DNA from: Chiloscyllium plagiosum
Taxonomy: Eukaryota
Direction: 5' to 3'
NCBI RefSeq assembly: GCF_004010195.1
Contig: NW_025213411.1
Coordinates: 1 to 32,893, forward strand
Length of the DNA stretch: 32,893 nt
Every line of letters begins with the position of its first letter. The first letter of the stretch is position 1. This document shows positions 1 through 12,664 of the stretch, piece after piece. The notes under the pieces are model-generated. The model saw only the letters and a list, made by a program, of their open reading frames with translations. It searched no databases and had not been told where the DNA came from. The position numbers and the translations under genes are program-made.

Positions 1-97
1 ACACAGACCACAACAGCCCAGAACTCCCAACCTTAAGTCATCCAGCAGCCTCAGCCTCCCAGCAGTGGGAGTACAGGCGCGCGCCACAGCCCCCGGC
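1..97 (-). ncRNA. RN7SL: 7SL/SRP RNA gene copy 1 (5' 97 nt only; the rest lies beyond the window edge)
   Basis: Reverse complement reads GCCGGGGGCTGTGGCGCGCGCCTGTACTCCCACTGCTGGGAGGCTGAGG..., the SRP Alu-domain 5' end; near-identical to the copy at 29853. Confidence 0.9.
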
Positions 98-191
98 GAT
101 CGCGTGGCGCTTCCCTCAGTCGCCTTCAGTTCAAACGGCAGCAACAGCTCCACTGCAGACGTTGCTGCAAAGACAACAGGCGGCTGCAGTT
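98..191 (-). promoter_or_regulatory. Conserved ~94-bp upstream block of 7SL copy 1 (candidate extragenic Pol III promoter)
   Basis: The same block lies directly 5' of copies 1, 3, 4 and 5 even though flanks further out differ between copies 1/5 and 3/4. Function is inferred. Confidence 0.5.
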
Positions 192-451
192 GGTCGTCTG
201 GAGGAATTGGCGCATGAGCTGCTACTTTCCGCCTGACTCTGCCTCTGAGTGAGAGCGTTGATTGCATTTGACAGAATTACTCTGTTGTTTGCTGAATTTC
301 GTCTGTTCAAATGTGCTCTTTCATTGCAGACACAGTCGAGTAGATCAGTGCTGGAGAAAAGCAATTGATTTCGAGTATGGCAACATGAAGATGGTCCGAT
401 ATGATGAATGGACACTTTGCAAATTATGACCAGCTTTGTTGGAGTCTGCAA

Positions 452-3400
452 TCATAGCGTCTTGGAGCCACGGAAACAGACCCTTCGGTCCAACTCGTCA
501 TACCGATCAGACATCCAAACCCAATCTAGTATCCCAACTGCCAGCACGCAGTCCGACTCCCTCTAAAACCTTCCTATCCAGATGCCTTTTAAATGTTGCA
601 ATGGTACGAGCCTTCACCACTTCCTCTGGCAGCTCATTGCATACACGTACCATCCTCTGCATGAAAAAGTTGCCCCTAAGGTCTCTTTTATATCTTTCCC
701 CTCTCTCCTTAAACCTATGCCCTCTAGTTCAGGACTCCCCACCCAGGGAAGACATTTTGTCTATTTATCCAATCCATACCCCTTCTGATTTTATGAACCT
801 CTATCAAGTCACCCCTCAGCATCTGACACTCCAGTGAAAACAACCTCTATTCAATCTCTCCCTATAGCTCAAATTCTCTAACCCTGGCAACATCCTTGTC
901 AATCTTTTCTGAACACTTTCAAGTTTCACAACATCTTTCCAACAGGAAGTAGCCTCACCAATGTCCTGTACAGCTGCAACATGACCTCCCAACTCCTGTA
1001 CTCAGTACTCTTGACCGATGAAGGAATGCATACTAAATGCCTCCTTCACTATTCTATCTACCCGTGACTCCACTTTCAAGCAACTATGAATCTGCACTCC
1101 AATATCTCTTTGTTTTGCAAGACTCCCTCGGACATTAGCATTACGTGTATGAATCCTGCTAAAATTTCCTGTCCCAAAATGCAGCATCTCGCATATATCT
1201 AAATTAAACTCCATTTCCACTTCTCAGCCCATTGGCCCAACTGATCAAGATCCATTGTAATCTGAGGTAACCTTCTTTGCTGTCCACTATACTTCCAAAT
1301 TTTCGTGTCATCAGCAAACTTACTAATTCTATCTCTTATGGTCACATCCAAATCATTTATATAAATGATGAAAATTAGTGGACCCAGCACCGATCCCTGT
1401 GGCACTACACTGGTCACAGTCAGAAAAACAAGCCCTCCACCACCACCCTCTGTATTCTTCCTTTAAGCTGGTTCTGTTTCGAAATGGTTAGTTCTTCCTG
1501 TATTCCATGAGATCTAACCTTGCTAACCAGTCTCCCATGGGGACCCTTTTCGAACACCTTACTGAAGTCCATGTAGATCACACCTACCACTCTACCCTCA
1601 GCAATCCTCTTTGTTACTTCTTCAAAAACCTCTGTCAAGGTTGTGAGACATGATTTTCCACACAAAAAGCCATGTTGACTATCCCGAATCAGTCCTTGCC
1701 TTTCCAAATACATGTGCATCCTGTCCCTCAGGATTCCCTCCAACAACTTGACAACACTGATGTCAGGCTCACCGGTCTATAGTCCCTCAGTGTGTCCTTA
1801 CCACCCTTCTTAAACAGTGGCACAACCTTAGACAACCTCCAGTCTTCCAGCACCTCACCTGTGACAATCAATGATACAAATATCTCAGCAAGGGGCCCAG
1901 GAATCCCTAGCTTCTCACAGTTCTATGGTACACCTGATCAGGTCCTGGGGATTTATCCATTTTCCTGCATTTCAAGATATTCAGCACTTCCTTCTCTGGA
2001 AGATGGACATTCTTCAAGATATCACCATCTATTTCCCTACATTCGCTACCTTCCATGTCCTTTTCCACAGTAAACACTGATGCAAAATACTCATTTAGTA
2101 TCTCCCCCATCTCGAGAGGCTCCATACAAAGGCCGTCTTGCTGATCTTTGAGGGGCCCTATTCTCTCCCTAGTTACCCTTTTGTCCTTAATGTATTTGTA
2201 AAAACCCTTTGGATTCTCCTTAACTCTATTTGCCAAAGCTATATCATGTCCCCTTTTTTCCCTCCTGATTTCCCTCTTAAGTATACTCCTACTGCCTTCA
2301 TACTCTTCTATGGATTCACCCAATGTATCCTGTCTATACCTAACATATGGTTCCTTTTTTTGCTTAACCAAACCCTCAATTTCTTTAGTCATCCAGCATT
2401 CCCTATACCTACCAGCCTTTCTTTTCACCCGAACAGAAATATACTGTTTCCAGACTCTTGTTGATTCATTTCTGAAGGCTTTCCATTTTCCAGCCATCCC
2501 TTTACATGCAAACATCTGCTCCCAATCAGTTTTTAAAAGTTCTTGCGTAATACCATCAAAATTAGCCTTACTCCAATTTAGAACATCAACTTTTAGATCA
2601 GTTCTATCCTTTCCATTGCTATTTTAAAACTAAGAGAATTATGGTTGCTGGCACCAACATGCTCCTGAACTGACACATCAGTCATCTGCCCTGCTTTATT
2701 TCCCAAGAGTAGGTCAAGTTTTGAACCTTCTCTAGTAGGTACATCCACACGTTGAATCAGAAACTTTTCTTGCACACACTTAACAAATTCTTCTCCATCT
2801 GAACCCTTAACACTGTGGCAATCCCAGTTTATGTTTGCAGTTTAATTTATCAATCCTACCTTGCTCGCTGCTTGCCCTGACTGTTTGACTTGCTTCTTTT
2901 CTCAACTGTACTGGTCTCAGATTGATCTCTTTCCTCATTAACAACTTGAGTCCCAGCAACCTCATCCCCCACCTTAACAGTTTCAATCCTCCTGAGCAGC
3001 TCTAGCAAATCTCCCTGCCAGAATATTAGTCCCCTTCCAACTGAAGTGCAATCCTTCCTTCTTGTACAAGTCACCTCTACCCCAGAATGGACTCCAATGA
3101 TCCAAAAATGTGAATCCTTCTCCTATACGCCAGCTCCTTAGCCACGCATTCATCTGCTCTATCTTCCTATTCCTACCCTCACTAGCTGGCAGCACTGGGA
3201 GCTATCCAGGTATTACTATGCTGGGGGGATTTTAAATTCCTGCCTAACTCTCTCTGTTCTCCCTTCAGAAACGCATCCTTTTGCCATCTATGTCATTGGT
3301 TGCAATGTGTACAATGACCTTGAGAACATTCTGCTCCCTCTCTGAGACATCCTTGATCCTGGCACCAGGGAAGCAACACACCATTCTGATCTTTCGCCGC

Positions 3401-3620
3401 TGGCCACAGAAACTTCTATCTGTGCCTCAGAATAGGGAGTCCCCTATCACAATTTACCTCTTGGAACCCGACGTACCCCTCATTGCATTAGAGCCAGTAT
3501 CGATACCAGAAACTTGGCTTCTTGCTACATTTCCCTGAGAATCCATCACCCCCTACATTTTCCAAAACAGCATACTTGTTTGAAATTGGGATAGCCACAG
3601 GAGACCCCTGCACTACCAGG
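452..3620 (-). mobile_element. Degenerate CR1-clade LINE: ORF1 SGNH-esterase remnant plus ORF2 RT, with an internal deletion of most of the endonuclease
   Basis: Minus-strand fragments PQGSVLGPLIFIIYINDL, KFADDTK, DSQHGF..KSCLT, KSPGPD, LDLLLGN..SNHNS; ORF1-like FLDHWSPFWGRGDLYKKEGLHFSWKGTNILAGRF at 2983-3195; many frameshifts. Confidence 0.93.
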
Positions 3621-4107
3621 GATTAATACTCTGGCACTAAATGAGAACACTTACTTAATGTAGGGGACACAAATGATTTTTTATAATAATGCCTTCCCAA
3701 TGTGTGCATTGCAGCAGTAAGAGCGGCTTATTATTTTATTATTTCTTGTTTTATTTCTTGGGAAGCACGGGTACACTGTCTGCTGGTGATATTTCCACCT
3801 CCGTGAGAATAACACCCGAGAAAAACACAAAACATTCGCCTTGTCGATCTGTCAGATTGACGTTCAGATTCCATCAACTGAAACTTCTCAGACTCTACCC
3901 TTCAACCTATGAAGGTATTGTTTTGTTGATTTTCATTGGTTTAATTTGATTGAACTCGTCTTATGAGAAATGTGGAATTAATCCCCTCAAAGCTGCTCAG
4001 TTCAGAACTCTCAGACTCAGTAGTGGTATCAGCATCATATAAGAGTCAGAATCTGAGCAAATAAATAACATCAAAGTGTCCTCTCTATTAACAAAACTAG
4101 ACAACTC

Positions 4108-4369
4108 AATCCCACTGCTGGGAGGTTGAGGCTGCCGGATTTCTTGAGGTTGGGATTTCTGGGCTGTTGTGGTCGGTGCCGATCGGGTGTTCGCACTAAG
4201 ATCAGTGTCCACATGGGAACCTGGGTGTACCAGTTGTGCTGCAGAGGGGTGAACCGGCCCAAGTCGGAAACGGAGCAGGTCAAAGGCCCTGCACTGGTCA
4301 GTAGTGGGATGGCACCTGTGAATAGATGCAGCAGTGCAGCCTGACCAATACAGTGAGACGCAGCCTTCT
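4108..4369 (+). pseudogene. RN7SL: 7SL/SRP RNA pseudogene, copy 2
   Basis: Matches the other copies from AATCCCACTGCTGGGAGG but lacks the first ~25 nt and ~11 nt of helix 6. Helix 8 CCCAGG is changed to CCCAAG, and the terminator CAGTCTTTT to CAGCCTTCT. Confidence 0.88.
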
Positions 4370-5039
4370 ACACCAGTCTTTGCAGTCCAACACAATCTGT
4401 TCCAATCACTGTACAAAATTTTGCTGACTCTTTTCTCCTTCCTTCTAAATTCATTCACTCCTCATTTTATTATCCAATACCACCGTTACAATCTTCATGA
4501 CGAAAACATTTGCAATTTCATACGCATCACAACAAGCAAATCTATCCGAGTTCTCCACATACACAAACGCAAACATTCCTTCCCTCATTCGACCAGTCAA
4601 CAGCCACTTTCCACACCACCGAATACAGCATTTGGTTCTTCAGTACTATTGCTCTCTGCTGTTCTCTGCAGGTACTGTAACCAGAAAATTGCTTCATAAT
4701 CCTGCCAGCCCACGGCCAGTGGAGGGCTCAAAACTCGTCATTCTCGTCCTCATTTCTCCATTGATTCAGTCACCGCTGTTCTGTTGCCATCCCGACCAAA
4801 CAATTAACCTGTTTCTCGTTTTCCGATCTGTATTCATCTTCAGTACGCAGGTGGACTGGGAATATCAGATTGGTAGCGGATCTGATGATGATATTATCCG
4901 AAGTGACCTCTTACATTAAAATGAATTGGATACCCTCCTTCGAGTGTTTTGAGGCATTTGAGATGGTTGTGCAATTTGCTCATTGCTGACATATTTCTCA
5001 ACTCCACTCTCCCGCCTTCTTCTTGTAATCCTAGTATCC

Positions 5040-5520
5040 TTTACTTATCAAGAATCTATCAATCACTATCTTAAATAGTTTCAATAACTTGTCCTCCACA
5101 GCCTTCTGTGGCAGTGGCTTCCACAGATCTACCACCGTCTGGCTGATGAAATTCCTCCTGAACTCAGTTCTAAAGGGCTGCCTCTACACTCTGACTCTAC
5201 ATGCCTGGTCCTAGTCTCTCCTATAATTGAAACATTTTCTCCACGACCACTCTCATGAAGCCTTTGAATATTCAGTAAATTTGAATGAGACCCTGCATCA
5301 TCCTTCTAAAATCCATCGAATACAGATCCAGAGATGCTCCTCAGATGGCAAGCTCTTCATCCCTGGGATCATTCTTGTAAACTTCTTCTGGACCACTTCT
5401 GATGTCAACACATCCTTATTTACGGGGCATAAAACTGCGCACAATACTCCAAATATGGCCTAAACAGCACCTTACACCGCCTCAGCAAGACATCACTGTT
5501 ACTTCATTCTCGTCCTCCTA
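5040..5520 (-). mobile_element. Old CR1/L2-like LINE 3' fragment
   Basis: Reverse complement resembles the RT C-terminal/3' region of the other CR1 copies (ttccacagatctaccacc...gaaattcctcctgaactcag). Confidence 0.6.
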
Positions 5521-5530
5521 AAATCATTTT

Positions 5531-5620
5531 TTGATGAAGGGCTTATGTCCAAAACGTTGATTCTCCTGCTCCTCTGATGCTGCCTGACCTACTGTGCTTT
5601 TCCAGCACTACACTCCTGAC
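5531..5620 (+). repeat. Short interspersed repeat with a degenerate hammerhead-like core (possibly Penelope-derived)
   Basis: tTGATGA-AGGGC-TTAT-GTCC-aAAAC-GTTGA; a sister copy lies at 17335-17450. Confidence 0.5.
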
Positions 5621-5621
5621 T

Positions 5622-6200
5622 CACAAAATGAATGCTGACATTACAATTGTCTTCCTAACTCTCAACCGAAACTTTGTGTTAGCCTTCGGAGAATCCTGAC
5701 CTCAGTTTTCAAATTTAATTTGTGCTTCAGATTTCCAAAGCCTTTCGTAATTTAGAAAATTGTCAATGCCTCCAATCTCCCTAATAAAGTGCAAATTTGT
5801 AGCAATGATGTCAGTGAGAGCTATTCCTGCCATTTGAACTGAATGTTGCTCAGTTAAGACTCCGAGTTGCTGTATATATGAAAATGTCCAGTTTTCACAA
5901 TCATTATAGTCACAGCCACAAGAGTGTGTAAAATTCTTCACACATTCCACCTCATCTGCTCCATTGACCAATTAATCCGAGCCCACCATTCAATCAGATT
6001 ATGGTTGATAGGATAACTAGACAAAGTCCTTTCCCTGGGGTGGGGGAGTCCAGAACTAGAGGCCATAGGTTTAAGGATCGAGGGGAAAGATATAAAAGAG
6101 ACCTAGCGGGCAACTTTTTCACGCAGAGCGTGTTACATGCATGGAGCGAGCTGCCAGAGGAAGTGGTGGAGGCTGGTACAAATGCAACATTTAAAAGAGA
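5622..6200 (+). repeat. Older direct duplication of 32249-32893
   Basis: cacaaaatg..ctgacatt..tgtcttcctaa..ctcaaccgaaacttt..gagaatcctgacctcag is shared and colinear, including the same CR1 3' fragment. Confidence 0.88.
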
Positions 6201-6367
6201 TCTGAATAGGAGGGGTTTGGATGAATTATATCAATAGGAGGGGTATGGATGGATATGGACCAGGTGCTGGCACATGGAACTACATTGGGTTGGGATATCT
6301 GGTCGGCATGGATGAGTTGGACCAAAGGATCTGTTTCCATTCTGTACATCTCTATGACTGTGACTAT
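6000..6367 (+). mobile_element. 5'-truncated CR1 3' end
   Basis: FPGVGESRTRGHRFK..FFTQSV..WSELPEEVVEAGT, then a 3' UTR ending ctctatgactgtgactatg. Confidence 0.85.
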
Positions 6368-7369
6368 GAAAGCATGGGAAGGGTTAAAGCATGAAGACCA
6401 CTGGAGATCTGTTGCAAGAGGTCTTAGAATGCTACACTAGTGAAAAGGTCACTATGGCAAAGGTTGATGCTGAAAGGTCACTATGGTGGGATGAAATAAC
6501 ACAGTTAGTAAAATCAGCCTCGCTTGCTAAATATCATCATGGCAGGGTTGGGACAGGTTGTAGCAATAAATGTTTGGGACATGACAATAAATATTTAATT
6601 AATAGTTAGTAGAGTCAGCCTGCTTGAGACCCTTGACAGTAAAATATCTGATCATGGCATTAGAAAAATATTAAGTAGGGTCTGGGATGAAAGACCATTG
6701 TAGCAGAGCTAACACAAAATATCTAACCGTGACATTAGAATAACTTTAAGTAGAATGTAGGAAAGGCTATAGTGGCAGAATTAAAGAGATAATAGGAACT
6801 AACATCATTGTTTTATAGTATAGCTGGAGTGAGGTAATTTTGATTAACACAGTTGGACATGCTGATAAGCTCACAAAAACATGATAAAAGAAGGTATAAA
6901 GAGTCACGGATCCTGAGGTTTGGGGGCATTCAAGAATTTGCTTCCTGAGTGCCATGGTTTATTATTTGCAAATAGATGCAAAGAGGATGCAATGAACTCT
7001 TTGCATCCCTGGTGATTCTCCACATTTTCTCCATGACAATACTCTGTCTCATACCACATTACTGTTCTCTCCCAATGTTCCATCATACACTTCACCCGTC
7101 TAGATTTAGCTATTTATTTCTTAAATATCTTTTATGACTGGGCCTTCACAGATGTTTGATTTCAAAAATTGCACAGGTCTGCCAACTTCTGAGTGATGAA
7201 ATTTCACCTCATCACAATTGGAAATGACTAACTCTACAGTCTGAGACAACGTCCCATTCTTGTGAATGCCCTTTTGAGGGAAAAACATTATGCCTGTATG
7301 CAATCATTCTGACTCAATAAGCCTTCGCTGGAACTGTGTTTTTGGTTTTGCCACTGTTTACCCACATGA

Positions 7370-10265
7370 GAGTAGGGAGTTCCCAAATCAAGTATCTGAC
7401 ACTGGCAAGCGAGAACCTGGTTTGAAGTGTGTGTACTTCAACGCGAGGAGCATCCAAAATAAAATGGGTGAACTGGCAGCGTGGGTTGGTACCTGGGACT
7501 TCGATGTTGTGGCCATTACGGAGACATGGAGAGATCAGGGATAGGAATGGCTGTTGCAGGTTCCGGAATTCAGATGTTTCAGTAAGAACAGAGAAGATGG
7601 TAAAAGAGGGGGAGGTGTGGCATTGTTGATCAGGGACAATATTACAGTTGTAGAAAGGATGTTTGGTGACTCATTAACTGAAGTAGAATGGGCTGAGGTT
7701 AGAAACAGGAAAGGAGAAGCCACCAAGCTGGGAGTTTTCTATAGGCCTTCAAATAGTCCCAGAGATGTAGAGGAAAGGATAGCAAAGATGATTCTCGATA
7801 GGAGTGAAAGGGGCAGGGTAGTTGTCATGGGGGACTTCAACTATCTAAATATTGACTGGTATCACTACAGTACGAGTACTATAGATGGGTCAGTTTTTGT
7901 CCAGTGTGTGCAGGAGGGCTTCCTGACACAGTATGTAGACAGGCCTACAAGGTGCGAAGCCACTTTAGATTTAGTACTGGGTAACGAGCCTGGCCAGGTG
8001 TTAGATTTGGAAGTAGGTGAGCACTTTGGAGACAGCGATCACAATTCTGTCAAGTTTACTTTAGTGATAGAAAGGGATAGGTGTACTCCACCGAGCAAGA
8101 GTTACAGCTGGGGGAAGGGAAATTACGATGCAATTATGAAAGATTTAGGAAGCGTAGAATGGGGAAGGAAACTGCAGGGGATGAGCACATTAAAAACGTG
8201 GAGCTTATTCAAGGAAAAGCTCCTGTGTGTCCTAAATAAGTATGTATCTGTCAGGCAGGGAGGAAGATATAGAACGTGTGAGCCGTGGTTTACTACGCAA
8301 GTGGAATCCCTGGTCAAGAAGAAGAAGAAGAAGAAGGCTAATGTTAGAACAAGATGTGAAAACTCAATTAGGGCACTTGAGGGTTATAAGGAAGTCAGGA
8401 AAGACCTAAAAAGAGAGCTCAGAAGAGCCAGAGGGGACATGAGAAGTTGTTGGCTGATAGGATCAGGATTAACCCTTAGGCTTTCCATAGGTATGTCAGG
8501 AATAAAAGGATGACGAGAGTTAAATTAGGGCCAATCAAGGATAATAGTGGGAAGTTACGTGCGGAGTCAAAGGAGATAGGGGAAGCACTAAATAAATATT
8601 TTTTGACAGTGTTCACTATAGAAAATGAAAATGTTGGTGAGGAAGATTTCGAGATACTTGCATCTAGATCAGAAGAGATTGAGGTTCACAAGGAAGAGGT
8701 CTTAGAAATACTGCAGAGTGTGAAAATAGACAAGTCCCCTGGGCCGATGGGATCTATCCTAGGATCCTCTGGGAAGCAAGAGAAGAGATTGCCGAGCCTT
8801 TGGCATTGGTCTTCAAATCATCATTGTTTACAGGAGTAGTGCCTGAGGACTGGAGAATAGCAAATGTGGTTCCCTTGTTCAAAAAGGGTAGTAGAGACAA
8901 CCCTGGTCATTACAGACCAGTGAGTCTCACTTCAGTTGTTGGTAAAGTGTTGGAAAACATTATAAGAGAGAGGATTTATAAACGTCTAGAAAAGAATAAT
9001 CTGATCAGGGACAGTCAGCATGGTTTTGTGAAGGGTAGGTCGTGCCTAATGAATTTTATTGAGTTTTTTGACAAACTGACCAAACAGGTAGATGAGAGTA
9101 TACCGGTTGATGTGGTGTGTATGGATTTCAGCGAGGCATTCGATAAGGTTCCCCACAGTAGGCTATTATACAAAATGCGGAGGAATGGGATTGTGGGAGA
9201 CATAGCAGTTTGGATCATTAATGGCTTGCTGAAAGAAGTTTATGGAACATGTTCATCTTGGTGTCCAGTTACTAGCAGCGTACCGCAAGGGTCAGTGTTG
9301 GGTCCACTGCAGTTCGTCATTTTTATAAATGACCTGGATGAAAGGTTAGAAGGGTGGGTTAGTAAATTTGTGGATGACACTAAGGTCGGTGGAGTTGTGA
9401 ATAGTGACGAAGGATGTAGTAGGGTGCAGGGAAACATAGATAGGATGCAGAGCTGGGCTGAGTGGTGTCAAATGGAGTTTAATGTGGAGAAGTGTGAGGT
9501 GATACACTGTGGCCGAAGTAATCAGAATGCAAAGTATTGGGCTAATGGTAAGATTCTTGGTAGTGCAGATGAGCAGAGAGATCTCAGTGTCTATGTACAC
9601 AGATCCCTGAAAGTTGTCACCCAGATTGACAGGGTTGTTAAGAAGGCATACAGTATTTTGGCCTTTATTAATAGAGGGACTGAGTTCCAGAACCAGAAGG
9701 TTATGCTGCCGCTGGACAAAGCTCTGGCACGCCACACTTGGAGTATTGTGTACAGTTCTGGTCACCGCATTATAAGAAAGATGTGGAAGCTTGCGAAAGG
9801 GTGCAGAGGAGATTTACTAGGATGTTGCCTGGTATGGAAGGAATGTCTTACGAGGAAAGGCTGAGGGCCTTGATGCTGTTCTTGTTAGAGAGAAGAAGGT
9901 TGATAGGTGACTTAATAGAGACATACAAGATAATCTGCGGGTTAGATAGGGTGGACAGGGAGAGCCTTTTTTCCAAGTATGGGGACGGCAAACATGAGGG
10001 GACACAACTTTAAAGCGAAGGGAGATAGGTATAAGACAGATGTCAGAGGTAGTTTCTTTACTCAGAGAGTAGTAAGGGTATGGAATGCTTTGCCTGCATC
10101 GGAAGTAGATTCACCAAGTTTAAGTGCATTTAAGTCGTCATTGGACTGGCAAATGGACGTACATGGAATAGTGTCGGTGGGATAGGCTTCAGATTAGTAT
10201 GACAGGGCAGCGCAACATTGAGGGCTGAAGGGCCTGTACTGCGCTGTAACGTTCTATGTTCTATA
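7370..10265 (+). mobile_element. CR1 LINE with near-complete but disrupted ORF2 (APE endonuclease plus RT)
   Basis: LKCVYFNARSI, AITETW, GVFYRP, MGDFN, SDHNS, KSPGP, YRPVSLTS, PQGSVLGP, KFVDDTK; stop at 7542-7544 and several frameshifts; 3' tail gttctatgttctat. Confidence 0.96.
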
Positions 10266-10270
10266 TTCCA

Positions 10271-10385
10271 TATTATTTACTTATCTATGCTATTTAACTA
10301 TGTGATCTGCCTGTATTGCTCACAATACAAAGCTTTTCACTGTGCCTCGGTACATGTGACAATAAATTCAACTCAATTCAATTCA
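10271..10385 (+). mobile_element. Short 3' end of a Rex1/Babar-like LINE
   Basis: Similar to the reverse complement of 18157-18240 (3' end of the Rex-like element); ends in AATAAA plus an (attca)n-like tail. Confidence 0.55.
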
Positions 10386-12261
10386 TACAATTCAAAATGC
10401 GATTTACTCTAATTCTTCAAAACTCCAGTGAGCACATGCCTAATTGAAACAAATTCTCCTCATGCAACAACCTGCCATCCCAACAATCATTCCAGTGACA
10501 TTTACTGCATTTCTGCAATGATAGTATATATTTTCTTTCGTAAGCAGAGCAAAATCACACCCGGTACTCCAGTCATTGTTTCACCAAAGCCCTGCATGCC
10601 TGCAAGAGGTTGCCGTTGCTCTTATACACAAACAATCTTGCAACAAGAGCCATCATATCACTTGCTTTCCCAACCATTTGCTGAACTTGCATCTTAGTTT
10701 GACTAATCAGTGTTAAAAGGACACTCAGTTTACTTTGTGCATCAACAATTCCAATCTATCACTATTTAAAGATTTCTTCCTATTCATTTTTGCTTACCGA
10801 TATGGACAATTTCACACTTAGCCAAGTCATCAATTTGAAGGTAAAATCTACTTGATGTGATTGGATCTCAGTGTGACTGAACAGGCCAATTTTCCACCTG
10901 GAGAACTTTAGACTCATGGGGACTCACCATGATGCAATTGAATCTAGAGTACAGAATTTCTTTCATTTTGTTCCTTTCTTTGCCGCTACCCTATTTCATA
11001 TTTAAGGCTCAACAGGAAAAAGAGAGCTCCTTGCTGACTTCTTTCATCATCTAGCTTGACATACATTTTTTTCTCCATTTTCAATGATTGGTAGCAAATG
11101 TCTCCAAATTATTAATGTCAATGCTGCAACGACATCTTCAGGTCCTTTAAAATGTTTTCTTGCTCCTGCTCTTGAACTTGATGGTTGTGAAACTAAAACC
11201 TGGGTTAGGGGTATTTGGGAAAGATTCAAAAAGGAGTCTTGGGCACAGTGTTCGGTCGCATAAAGTAATGGCATGCAGAGGGTGGGGAGGATGTCGACCA
11301 CAGAGGACGGGGAGAAGAAAGAGGCTCAGAGAGTCAGAAACATGAAGAGGCTTCAAGGAACAGTGAGGAAAAAAAAAGAAGTCTCCACATTTGGTGGAGC
11401 AGAAAGACCCTGCAAGCTTGTGATGGATTAAAATCAAGAAGGACAAATGGAGTGGCTGCGGAGCTGAGGGAAACCACAAGTGCCAGGTTGAAAGGGGTGG
11501 GGGTGGGGGTGGTGAGGTGACTGCACATGTTGGGCAGAGGAATGACTACAAGCCTGTCAGATGGGCAGGTTGTAGGTAGGGAACGGTGAGCTGCAAAGAA
11601 GGTGGGTGCAGGGAAGTTGAAAAGAAAAGAGAGGATTTTTAAGTTTGGCACAAAGGAGAATGCACCAACATCAGAGCTCTGGCACTTATGATCACTGAGT
11701 TTGTTGCAAATGAATATGGAAACTATAGCTTATTGCTGCATATCTTGAAGACCCACATTTTCAGAGAGGTACAGTGCCAAGTATTTTCATAGCACAGTTT
11801 CAGCTGGTAAATTGTATCAAATATTGACATCTGAGGTGCCATTAAAATCACACTTACTGCCTGGTTAAGTCTTCTAGCTGTTACCTCAGCGGTCTGAAAA
11901 GTAGTCTTAGGGTGTTGGAGGCGTATGTACCAATTATTCTGAAAAATAAATGTGCATTTCCACCTATACCTAATCATTTATGTCAATTTAAATGCAGTGA
12001 TGTCCAAGAAGCTAAACATTTCTTATGGGTTATGAGTTTACATTGAATACAGAGTTTATAATTACAAATGACATAATCAATCCCTCTAATTCTGCTTATG
12101 TTTAAATCCAACTTCTATTTATAGAAAGTGATGTTGCCATAGGACTGTATCAAATGCTACATTAGCTTATGAGAATGAGGAGAGAGCCACTGAAAACCCG
12201 AATGGTGTCTTGAGAAAGTCTAACAATAGTCGCAGAAGAATAGTCCAAAAGTTATAAAAAC

Positions 12262-12460
12262 CAAAAGAACTGCAGATGCAGTAAATCAGAAACAGAAACA
12301 GAAATTGCTGGTAAAGCTCAGCAAACTGGCAGCATCTGTGAAGAGAAATCAGAGTTAATGTTTAGGTCTGAGTCTGAGGAAGGGGCACCAGATCTGAAAT
12401 GTTCACATTGATTTCTCTCCCTAGATGCAGCCAGGCCTGGTGAGCTGTTCCTCCAAATAT
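12262..12460. repeat. Palindromic short repeat with a degenerate hammerhead-like core
   Basis: ggcagcatctgtgaagagaaatcagagttaa...tgatttctctccctagatgcagcc form imperfect inverted arms around CTGAGGA-AGGGGC..GATCT-GAAAT (12374-12400); the paralogous half is at 31700-31822. Confidence 0.5.
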
Positions 12461-12664
12461 CATTATTTTGTGCCTTGTCTAAGATGAGGAATGATTGATC
12501 ACTGTTGAATCCATATCTGAGTATCATTTTGGCAACATTCAATAACAGGCCAAGGTCCTGGGCTGGAGAATGGAAGAGATTGAGGGTGGCTTTCAAACTG
12601 GCACATCAGGACCACAGCAGTTGTTTGTATGCTGCCAGCTATGTTTTTCTGTGACAGTTTAGTT

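Larger units (their letters stand above)
1..1135. repeat. Segmental duplication arm; inverted copy of 28502-29949
   Basis: 1107-1135 (tctttgttttgcaagactccctcggacat) is the reverse complement of 28502-28530. Similarity runs through to the 7SL, apart from a SINE in the other arm. Confidence 0.92.

Noticed and set aside
6440..6490. Short direct repeats (aaaggtcactatgg twice; also 17388-17450) as a CRISPR-like array
   Set aside because: Only two units each, eukaryotic context and no cas genes; these look like local slippage duplications.
6904..7303. Two short minus-strand ORFs as a transposase remnant
   Set aside because: No motif I can confidently assign without a search.
7554..9864. Active CR1 or domesticated RT gene
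   Set aside because: In-frame stop, several frameshifts, an internal deletion and no ORF1.
11000..11700. Purine-rich unassigned stretch as a possible host exon
   Set aside because: No recognisable protein motif or convincing splice structure.
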